The notes beneath the pieces are model-generated. The model saw nothing but the letters and a program-made list of their open reading frames with translations. It was not told the DNA's origin and ran no database searches. Positions 47,277 through 55,856 of a stretch of 64,000 bases of DNA are shown one piece after another; positions within the stretch are counted from its first letter, which is position 1; every line of letters begins with the position of its first letter. The position numbers were made by a program, and so were the translations under genes. The stretch is from the NCBI GenBank assembly GCA_035389045.1, contig DAOORA010000003.1, positions 62,001 through 126,000 of the forward strand, written 5' to 3'. The stretch is from Bacteroidales bacterium. Its GTDB lineage: Bacteria > Bacteroidota > Bacteroidia > Bacteroidales > CAIWKO01.

Positions 47277-48833
47277 ATGAGAATTAATACATTTTTTTTT
47301 CTTTTGTTATTAACTGTTTCCATCGGATATTCCCAGACGCTCACACGAGAAGTGATATCCACGGGCGGGGATTTTCAGCAAAACAGCACTGGGTCATTAA
47401 GTTTTACCATTGGTGAAACGGTGGTAGAAACGTTCGAAACCACCAATATCGACCTAACACAGGGCTTTCAGCAGAACGATGTTTTAAAGTTTATGATCTA
47501 TGGCAAGGTGAAATATGCCGGCAAAGCCATTCCGGGAAGCCCGGCGCCCAATCCGCCCTCGTACAATCAGGCGATATACAACATCGACAATGTGATCGTG
47601 ATTTTGAAGCTGCAGTCCAACGGTGAGGAGATTGCCCGCGATACCAGCGACAATGCAGGAAATTACCAGCTAAGCAATGTTTCTCCCGGAAATTACCTTC
47701 TGTGTTATGACAAATACACGGCAGACACGATGCAGTCGGGCAATGGCATAGATGCTATTGATGTGACCATGCTGAAATATTACATAGGCATCGACACTAC
47801 GGTAGATCCCTCCCGTAATTTCACGATCCGGTACAAGAAGGCTGCCAATGTGGATAATAATTTGGCGATCAATGCGATAGATATTTCCCGGATCAAGGCC
47901 AAGATCGGATCTCCTTACAGCACGGCGAAGAATTTTCCCAAAGGCAACTGGGTAGCCCTCGATACGGTGGTCAGCGTGGGTGGCAGCGACCTGAACGTGA
48001 CGTTGAAAACGATCTGCTACGGGGATTATAATGCATCCAGCAGTAAATACCGCGACTCGACGGTCAACTGGAGCCAGGCCAAGTCGGTAGACCAAAACAT
48101 CATAAGTGTTACTGACGAATACCTGATGACAACAGATCCCTTGTATTTTGAACTGCCTCTGCGTATCAGTACCGGCATGAATGAATTCTCGGCGCTGGGG
48201 CTTGAACTGAGTTATCCTCATAAAGATTACGAACTGGTGCGTGTTTATATGCCGGGGGCTGGCGATAAAAGCAGCGCCGTAACCATCAATCCGACGCTGG
48301 AAGAGATCATAGCATCGGATGACGATCTGCTGGTCACCGACGAGGAAGGCGTGATCCGGGTGGTGTATGCCACCACCGGCTATTATGATGTCGCTGAGGG
48401 CGCAGAACTTATCCGCCTAGGCTTCCGTGCGAAAAGAGATCCGGGAAAGGGAGCCATAGATTTTGAACTTTCCGGTACGGGTGTGATCGGCAATCGTTAC
48501 GGGGAGGAAGATGAGGATGCATATCTGCTGATGCCGAAAGTTTTTATACAGGGTGATCAGGCAGGGACAGGCTTTGAGTTTATGGGCTATCCCAACCCGT
48601 TTGACGGCGAGGCCACACTGGTATATACCCTTCCTGAAGATGGAATGGTGAAGATCAATGCATACAATGCTATCGGTGAGTTGGTGTCCGTTCTGGTGAA
48701 TGAAACCCGCGCTGCCGGCAAACACACCTTGTTGTTTTCAGCAAACACGCTTCCGGCGGGACTGTATACGTTCAAACTTGAATTTTCGGGTACTCAAAGA
48801 AACGAGCAGACCATTTTGAAAATGATTAAATGA
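47277..48833 (+). CDS. T9SS type-A cargo with N-terminal 'LTQGFQQ' module, dockerin-like and cohesin-like segments
   Basis: Signal peptide; EVISTGG...SLSFTIGE...LTQGFQQ; GIDAIDVTML and ANVDNNLAINAIDISRI; ELPLRI...ALGLELSY; GYPNPF...AGLYTFKL...KMIK. Confidence 0.8.
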   Translation: MRINTFFFLLLLTVSIGYSQTLTREVISTGGDFQQNSTGSLSFTIGETVVETFETTNIDLTQGFQQNDVLKFMIYGKVKYAGKAIPGSPAPNPPSYNQAIYNIDNVIVILKLQSNGEEIARDTSDNAGNYQLSNVSPGNYLLCYDKYTADTMQSGNGIDAIDVTMLKYYIGIDTTVDPSRNFTIRYKKAANVDNNLAINAIDISRIKAKIGSPYSTAKNFPKGNWVALDTVVSVGGSDLNVTLKTICYGDYNASSSKYRDSTVNWSQAKSVDQNIISVTDEYLMTTDPLYFELPLRISTGMNEFSALGLELSYPHKDYELVRVYMPGAGDKSSAVTINPTLEEIIASDDDLLVTDEEGVIRVVYATTGYYDVAEGAELIRLGFRAKRDPGKGAIDFELSGTGVIGNRYGEEDEDAYLLMPKVFIQGDQAGTGFEFMGYPNPFDGEATLVYTLPEDGMVKINAYNAIGELVSVLVNETRAAGKHTLLFSANTLPAGLYTFKLEFSGTQRNEQTILKMIK

Positions 48834-48963
48834 AGATTTGGTTAGATGATCAACTGATGAGGAGATGAACTGATTAGTTGATTTGTTAATTCAACTTAAT
48901 TAATGGGAAAAAGAAATGTGGCCATTGATTTAAGTCTGTACACTAAATTTCCTGTTCCCCAAA

Positions 48964-49051
48964 GTAATATTCCGAATGAAGTGAAACGAAATGAGGAATC
49001 TGCTGCTTTGTTGCGGTTATAATAAATGAATTATAACGGAATGAGGAATCC
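48964..49051. repeat. Degenerate REP-like half elements
   Basis: gtaatattccgaatgaagtgaaacgaaatgaggaatct and a second cggaatgaggaatcc. Confidence 0.35.
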
Positions 49052-49087
49052 AATAAAAGCAAAATTATTAACCAATTGATAAATAAA

Positions 49088-50941
49088 ATGAAGACACACA
49101 TTCTAAAATTTGTAGCAATTTTAATTATCACATTATCTATTCAGCCAATTAACAAATCATCTTATGCACAGGCGCCAGAGAAGTTTAATTACCAGACCGT
49201 GGTCAGGGATAATTCAGGTAATATTTTGGCCAACCACCCGGTTTCTTTCCGGATCAGCCTGTTACAGTATTCCGTTAACGGGAGTGCTGTCTATGTGGAA
49301 AAACATTACGATACCACAAATGCCTATGGATTGTCCTCCTTGAAAATAGGGGGAGGTGTGCCGTTATCGGGAAGTATGGCCGGCATAAACTGGGCAAACG
49401 GCCCTTATTATATCAAACTTGAACTTGACCAGAACGGCGGGTCTTCTTATGTAACCATGGGTACAACGCAGTTGTTAAGCATGCCTTATGCCTTACACTC
49501 CCAAACTGCTGACAGTGTGCTGAACTATCCGTATCAAGTGCTTTCAATAAGTGGTGATACCATTTTTCTTTCCAATGGAGGGTTTGTAAAATTACCTGCA
49601 TGGTCGTCTTCAAACCTGCTGCCTCCCACAGTGAGCGTACAAGCGGCTTCAGGGATAAGCAGCTCCTCTGCTACCCTCAGCGGTATTGTCAATGCCAATG
49701 GATTATTTACCACAGTCAGTTTTGAATGGGGATTAACGGGGATTTACGGGAATACAGTCACTGCAGCACAAAGCCCGGTTACAGGAGCTGACAACACCCC
49801 GGTAAGCGCTGTGCTGTCCGGTCTGCAATACCATACGACCTACCATTTCCGCATTAAAGCCGCTAATGCCGTCAATATCACGTATAGTGACGATATGACA
49901 TTTACAACAGAAATTACCGCGCCAAGCATAACCACCAATGAAGTAACTTCGGTGCTGAGCAGTTCGGCTGTGTGCGGAGGCAATGTTATTAATGATGGAG
50001 GATCCGCTGTAACAGCAAGGGGCGTATGCTGGAGTACTAACCCCGGTCCAACGTTATCAAATTATTACACAACGAATGGTTCCGGAACAGGTTCTTTTAC
50101 TTCAAACCTTACAGGACTTTCGCTCGGCACAACGTATTATGTTCGCGCCTATGCCACCAATGCTTTAACTACCGCTTATGGCAATGAAAGGAGTTTTACT
50201 ACTGTTGTGATACCTACGGTGACCACTTCCGCCTGTTCAGATATCAAAGGGATTTCGGCCCGTGCAGGAGGCAGTATGGCGAGTAACGGAGGCGCTGCTA
50301 TTACCGCATATGGGCTATGCTGGAGCACCAGTCCGAATCCGACGACAGCAAATAGTACAAACACCTCTTTTTCTGATCCCATGACCGGGTTGTCGGCCAA
50401 CACGGTTTATTATGTGAGGGCTTATGCAACAAATGTTGTCGGAACCGGCTACGGCAATCAAATCAGTTTTAATTCAGGGTATGTGATGGGTGCTAATTAT
50501 GCCGGCGGCCTGGTGTTTTATAACGATGGAGCCGGACACGGCCTCGTTTGTGACGATGCATACCACTTTAGCGGGCAATGGGGCTGTGACGGAACCAATA
50601 TTCCCGGTGCTGAAGGAACCGCCATAGGCACAGGGGCTCAAAACACCATTGATATTGAAGCCGGCTGCACGACACCCGGGACTGCAGCCGATGGATGTGC
50701 AAATTGTACATCCGGAGGTTACTCCGACTGGTTTTTACCTTCAAAAGATGAGCTAAACCTGATGTATGTGAATCTGCACACACAGGGGTTGGGAAATTTT
50801 GGGCCTAATACCATATGGAGTTCCAGCGAGTGCTATATCGGTACGCCAAATTTCGCCTGGCTGCAAGATTTCAGTGATGGTGTCCAGTATGGGTGTGTCA
50901 AATACTATTCAAAATCTGTTCGTGCGGTAAGGGCTTTTTGA
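49088..50941 (+). CDS. Exported protein: shared N-terminal module, three Fn3-like repeats, DUF1566 (Lcl/C-type-lectin-fold) tip
   Basis: QAPEKFNYQTVVRD; TTYYVRAYATN...YG repeats; DWFLPSKDELNLMY...WSSSE...VRAVRAF; no T9SS CTD. Confidence 0.85.
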   Translation: MKTHILKFVAILIITLSIQPINKSSYAQAPEKFNYQTVVRDNSGNILANHPVSFRISLLQYSVNGSAVYVEKHYDTTNAYGLSSLKIGGGVPLSGSMAGINWANGPYYIKLELDQNGGSSYVTMGTTQLLSMPYALHSQTADSVLNYPYQVLSISGDTIFLSNGGFVKLPAWSSSNLLPPTVSVQAASGISSSSATLSGIVNANGLFTTVSFEWGLTGIYGNTVTAAQSPVTGADNTPVSAVLSGLQYHTTYHFRIKAANAVNITYSDDMTFTTEITAPSITTNEVTSVLSSSAVCGGNVINDGGSAVTARGVCWSTNPGPTLSNYYTTNGSGTGSFTSNLTGLSLGTTYYVRAYATNALTTAYGNERSFTTVVIPTVTTSACSDIKGISARAGGSMASNGGAAITAYGLCWSTSPNPTTANSTNTSFSDPMTGLSANTVYYVRAYATNVVGTGYGNQISFNSGYVMGANYAGGLVFYNDGAGHGLVCDDAYHFSGQWGCDGTNIPGAEGTAIGTGAQNTIDIEAGCTTPGTAADGCANCTSGGYSDWFLPSKDELNLMYVNLHTQGLGNFGPNTIWSSSECYIGTPNFAWLQDFSDGVQYGCVKYYSKSVRAVRAF

Positions 50942-51302
50942 TTCTCATTTTACGTGAATTATTATTTATTCATTTTTGGCCGAAATGGTTTTTTATCAAA
51001 TATTCTGATAAAACTTTATTCTGAACATTTTTATAATAATTATGAATATATTATAGTCAACCATATGTAATGTGTTTTATGAGTTGACCGGCTTTATAAT
51101 TCTGAGACGGGCATTTAACTCAAATTTTTTTATCGGCTGAAAAAGGTAAGGGCATAAATAAATGGCTCTCATTTGAGTTAAAGCTTATTACAATAAGCGT
51201 TATGTTCTGCCAGTCCGGAGATTAAATGTAGACTTTTTTCGGAACAAAAAGACTTTAATTCTGGCGAAAAAAGTGTTATTTTTGGATACAAAATTCAAAC
51301 AC

Positions 51303-54300
51303 ATGAAAACAACATCACATCCCGGAAAAAGATTTTTCCGCGATCTATATTTATGGCCTCCATTGTTTTTTTTTATGTTATATTCTTTATGTGGTTATGC
51401 GCAGCAGGGTGTATCCATCAATACGAGCGGAGCGCCCGCTGATTCTTCGGCTATGCTCGATGTAAGCAGTGCATCAAAAGGGCTTTTGATACCCCGTGTG
51501 TCATTAGCATCAATAAACGACCTGAGTACCATAACCAATCCTGCAGTTTCATTACTGGTTTATAACACCAATGCAGCCATGGCCGGGGGTGCCATTGGCT
51601 TCTGGTATTTCGATGGGACAGTGTGGGTCCAGGCATTGGGGCCGCAAGGGCCTCCGGGTGCGGATGGAAGTGCTGATGCCTGGTCACTTACAGGCAATGC
51701 CGGTACGTTTCCGTGGGTGAATTTTATTGGAACAACGGATTCTTCGGATCTTTCGGTAAAAACAAACAACATATTACGATCTCGTTTTACCCGGAAAGGG
51801 CAGATTGAGATATTCAACACAGGGGAATCTGTTTTTTTAGGCGAGGAAGCCGGAAAAAGCGATGACCTTACTAATAATCAGAATGTGTTCATTGGGTACA
51901 AGGCGGGAAATAAAAACACCACAGGGCACGAAAATACGGCTATGGGACATCAATCACTTTTTAATAATACCGTAGGGAATTACAACACGGCTGTCGGCTA
52001 TCAGACACTATGGTTCAACAGTGCCGGATCTTTAAACACGGCGATGGGGGAAAATGTACTTTATCACAATACCACTGGGAACAGCAACACTGCGATAGGT
52101 TTTGATGCCTTGTATCAGAATACTTCGGGAAGTGATAATGTTGCCGTTGGTAAAAACGTTTTGTTCTCGAATACTACGGGCGGAAACAATGTGGGTATAG
52201 GCGGGGATGCACTGAGTAGTAATTCAACAGGAAGTTCCAATACGGCTGTCGGCCGGTTTGCCCTTCAGTCCAACACGTCCGGATACAGCAATATGGCCGC
52301 AGGCGATTTTGCATTGAATGCAAACACAACCGGATACAGGAACACAGCCAGCGGAAGCAGCTCGCTCTATTCCAACACCACCGGGCATGAAAACACCGCC
52401 GGAGGATTCTGGTCTTTATACAGCAATACAGAAGGAAATTGGAATACGGCCAACGGGTATGCTTCGCTTTATTGGAATATTGCAGGTTCGTATAATACGG
52501 CCGGTGGTGGAAACGCCTTGAATTATAACACAACCGGAAGTTATAACGTGGCTTATGGCATGCAGGCGCTCATGAATAATGTAGCGGGCAGCAGGGCCAC
52601 AGCCGTTGGCTTTAGCGCCATGCTCAATGCGAACAACACTGCTGATCTTTTTGAAAATCACAGTGTGGCTATGGGGTATGAAGCTTTGCGGGGATCTGCC
52701 AGCGCAGCAGCCAACACAGGGAATAACAATACCGCTGTGGGCTACCAGACACTCCTGTCAAACAGCACAGGGAACAATAATACCGCTCTCGGAGACCAGG
52801 CCTTAAATAGTAATACAACCGCATACAGCAATACCGGGCTTGGCCGCTATGCATTAAAGAATACTTCTACAGGATCGCAAAATACGGCTGTGGGCCAAAG
52901 CGCTATGTTAAGCAACAGTAATGGTTATCTGAATGTTGCTTTAGGCGATGGCAGTTTGTTGTCCAATTCCACCGGGTATTCAAATACCGGTGCGGGAACA
53001 AGTGTATTGTATCATAATTTGTCAGGGAACAACAACACTGCCTTAGGTTTTGAATCCGGCTTTAATTCAACCGGGTCGGGCAATGTTTTTCTTGGTAATC
53101 AGGCCGGCTATAATGAAACCGGTTCTAACAAATTATATATTGCAAACAGTTCTACAAATCCGCCCCTTATATTTGGTGATTTTTCAGTAGGAAAGATCGG
53201 TTTGGGCACCATTAGTCCTGCACAGAGGCTTGATGTTCAGGGGGGCAATATCAACACCTCTGCCAACCTGATGACAGGAGGCACGGCACGGGTTGACGCG
53301 TCAGGCAATCTTATCAATATTGGGAATATCACGGCTACAGGCGCTTCAATATATACTTCCGGGGCAGGAACCCTTCTTGCGTTACACGGAGGGAACAGCA
53401 GCACCGCAGCAGGCGGCGCTGTAGCTATAAGTGCAGGCACAGGCGTTTCGGGGGCTGCTGGTTCAGATGTTTCGGTCAATGCGGCTGATGCCAGCGGCAT
53501 TGCAACGGGCGGAAAGATCACCCTTACGGGTGGAACCGGCGGATATTTCGGTGGCAGCGGGGCGTATGTTTCAATTAACGGTGGGGCACCCAATTACGGG
53601 CCGGGTGGCAACCTTATTCTTAGCGGAGGATTACAGGGACCGGGTAATACCTGGGATCCTAACAGGAATGGTTCTGTAATTTTAGCTATAAACGGCGCCG
53701 AATATATGCGATTGGATGGATACAGGGATGGTTATCAGGGATTTGTGGGTATCGGAACATCCACGCCATCGACAAAACTTGATGTGAATGGCGTTATCAC
53801 GGCGACAGGAGGAAATTCAACCCAGTGGAATAACGCCTTCGGTTGGGGAAACCACGCAGCAGCAGGCTATCTGACAACAGAAACTGACGGTTCGGTCACC
53901 AATGAATTGCAGGTGTTAACTATTAGTAACGACACGATATTTCTTACCAATGGTGGTTATGTTAAATTGCCAGCCGGATTTGACGGGCAATACAGCAGCT
54001 TGACAGGCGTTCCTACCAATGTAAGTACATTCACTAACGACGCGGGCTACCTGACTTCTTTATCTGAAACAGATCCTCAGGTAGGCACGAATACCACAAA
54101 TTATCATTCCAGATGGGATGGTTCCGCTTTGGTTACTTCATCGGTTTATGATAATGGCAATGTGGGTATCGGGACTACGATCACTGATGCACGGCTGCAG
54201 ATAAAACCCACTGCCGAAGCCGGATATACGTTAAGATTGTTAAGCCAGAGTTACGACGACCGCTATGTTTCCATCTGGAGGGGTACCGATGGCGGTGTCA

Positions 54301-55658
54301 TTGATGTTGTCGGTCCGGCAGTCAATCCCCCGGTGCATCTTGGATTCTATATTGCCGGTTCTGAGAAAGTCAGGATAACCAATGCCGGCTATGTGGGTAT
54401 CGGCACCCCGACACCTAATAGTCTTCTGCATGTCAGCAACAGCAGCAACACCCTGTTGCAGGTGGGTGACAGTGCCTTGCTGTCGGGATCAGACAATAAT
54501 ACAGGTGCCGGAAGTGCCGGATCAGTAACCATAACCGGTGGCAGCGATCTGATGGGAACCGGGACATCAGCAGGGTCGCTTACTCTGCGTGCAGGAGCTT
54601 GGGGCGGAACCGACAGGGCAAAGATTGTAATTAAAAGCGTTGGTATCGGCGGTACCGGTGGTGGCATAATGATATCCGGCGGTTATAATACCGCGGGAAC
54701 TATTTCTGTCGGGCGCCGTATCTATAACGGATCACCTGCAGGAGCAGTGGTAATCACAGGCGGAGAGGGTGCCTCAAATGGAAACGGAGGATCAGTGACT
54801 TTGGCTGCCGGTGCAGGCTCAGGTGATGTTTCTTATCGTGGAGGCGATGTTTTTATTAAAGCCGGTGCGGGGATTTCGCCATCACCGCCGGGTAATATCC
54901 TTTTTAAGATAGCGGATGTAAGTGTGGCAAAGATTGACAGTACCGGCAAAATAGGCATAGGAACGACACATCCCGGCGCAAAGCTTGAGGTGAACGGTAC
55001 AGTAAAAATTACCGACGGCACACAGGGCTCCGGAAAAGTACTCACATCCGACGCTGACGGTCTGGCAAGCTGGAACAGTATTACCGGGGCTGAAACCAAA
55101 GTAACGGCAGGAACTAACGTTTCCGTTACCGGAACAGGAACCACCAGCGACCCGTATGTCATAAGCAGTGGCAGCAGCAGCCATTATATCGGCGAAAGCT
55201 ATGGCGGAGGCATTGTTTTTTATGTGTATGACAACGGACAACATGGCCTCATTGCTGCCACATCCGACCAAAGCACTGCAATAAAGTTTGGATATAATGC
55301 TGTTTTTACAATGGCCTTTGCTGATGGATTATATGCAGGCAGATCAAACACCAACCTGGTTATTGCCGGTCAGAGTATTGACGACGGAACTTCTTATGCA
55401 GCAAGGCTTTGCAATGAATATACGGCAACAATGGGCGGGGTTACCTACGGCGATTGGTATCTGCCCTCAAAACACGAACTGAATTTATTATACCAACAGC
55501 GTGTCATCGTTGGTGGGTTTTCAACTAATAATTATTGGGCTTCCAACGAATACGTTACCAATATGCAACACGCATGGTATCAAAACTTTGGCACGGGGAA
55601 TCAGAATATTGATAATAAAGTCGCTACAGCTTGTGTCCGAGCCATCAGAGCGTTCTGA
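51303..55658 (+). CDS. Large exported fibre-like protein with 14-aa beta-roll repeats, GxVGIGT and Gly-rich modules, DUF1566 tip
   Basis: SAMLDVSSASKGLLIPRV head; more than 20 NTTGxxNTAxGxxAL repeats; DWYLPSKHELNLLY...VRAIRAF; no CTD. Confidence 0.85.
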   Translation: MKTTSHPGKRFFRDLYLWPPLFFFMLYSLCGYAQQGVSINTSGAPADSSAMLDVSSASKGLLIPRVSLASINDLSTITNPAVSLLVYNTNAAMAGGAIGFWYFDGTVWVQALGPQGPPGADGSADAWSLTGNAGTFPWVNFIGTTDSSDLSVKTNNILRSRFTRKGQIEIFNTGESVFLGEEAGKSDDLTNNQNVFIGYKAGNKNTTGHENTAMGHQSLFNNTVGNYNTAVGYQTLWFNSAGSLNTAMGENVLYHNTTGNSNTAIGFDALYQNTSGSDNVAVGKNVLFSNTTGGNNVGIGGDALSSNSTGSSNTAVGRFALQSNTSGYSNMAAGDFALNANTTGYRNTASGSSSLYSNTTGHENTAGGFWSLYSNTEGNWNTANGYASLYWNIAGSYNTAGGGNALNYNTTGSYNVAYGMQALMNNVAGSRATAVGFSAMLNANNTADLFENHSVAMGYEALRGSASAAANTGNNNTAVGYQTLLSNSTGNNNTALGDQALNSNTTAYSNTGLGRYALKNTSTGSQNTAVGQSAMLSNSNGYLNVALGDGSLLSNSTGYSNTGAGTSVLYHNLSGNNNTALGFESGFNSTGSGNVFLGNQAGYNETGSNKLYIANSSTNPPLIFGDFSVGKIGLGTISPAQRLDVQGGNINTSANLMTGGTARVDASGNLINIGNITATGASIYTSGAGTLLALHGGNSSTAAGGAVAISAGTGVSGAAGSDVSVNAADASGIATGGKITLTGGTGGYFGGSGAYVSINGGAPNYGPGGNLILSGGLQGPGNTWDPNRNGSVILAINGAEYMRLDGYRDGYQGFVGIGTSTPSTKLDVNGVITATGGNSTQWNNAFGWGNHAAAGYLTTETDGSVTNELQVLTISNDTIFLTNGGYVKLPAGFDGQYSSLTGVPTNVSTFTNDAGYLTSLSETDPQVGTNTTNYHSRWDGSALVTSSVYDNGNVGIGTTITDARLQIKPTAEAGYTLRLLSQSYDDRYVSIWRGTDGGVIDVVGPAVNPPVHLGFYIAGSEKVRITNAGYVGIGTPTPNSLLHVSNSSNTLLQVGDSALLSGSDNNTGAGSAGSVTITGGSDLMGTGTSAGSLTLRAGAWGGTDRAKIVIKSVGIGGTGGGIMISGGYNTAGTISVGRRIYNGSPAGAVVITGGEGASNGNGGSVTLAAGAGSGDVSYRGGDVFIKAGAGISPSPPGNILFKIADVSVAKIDSTGKIGIGTTHPGAKLEVNGTVKITDGTQGSGKVLTSDADGLASWNSITGAETKVTAGTNVSVTGTGTTSDPYVISSGSSSHYIGESYGGGIVFYVYDNGQHGLIAATSDQSTAIKFGYNAVFTMAFADGLYAGRSNTNLVIAGQSIDDGTSYAARLCNEYTATMGGVTYGDWYLPSKHELNLLYQQRVIVGGFSTNNYWASNEYVTNMQHAWYQNFGTGNQNIDNKVATACVRAIRAF

Positions 55659-55856
55659 CATTATTTATGAAAATTGAGAATTAAAATTTCCGACAGAGGA
55701 TCTTCCATTATTTCAATCACAAATCAGAAATAACTTGTTCTGGTATAAGAATTTTTTTGGTGTTCAGGGGATATTAAGGCGATTTATTAAGAAGATGATA
55801 TTCATTTGAAGATAAATGTCTACTTTTAGTTCAGCCTAAAATTAATATCATATACC

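Noticed and set aside
48835..48910. Short 8-bp-type degenerate repeats (ttgattag-like) and a ctgatgag motif
   Set aside because: Low-complexity intergenic repeats with no supportable structure or function.
14062..55658. Complete diversity-generating retroelement
   Set aside because: Target-like domains are present, but I saw no reverse transcriptase, avd gene or adenine-variant template repeat in the window.
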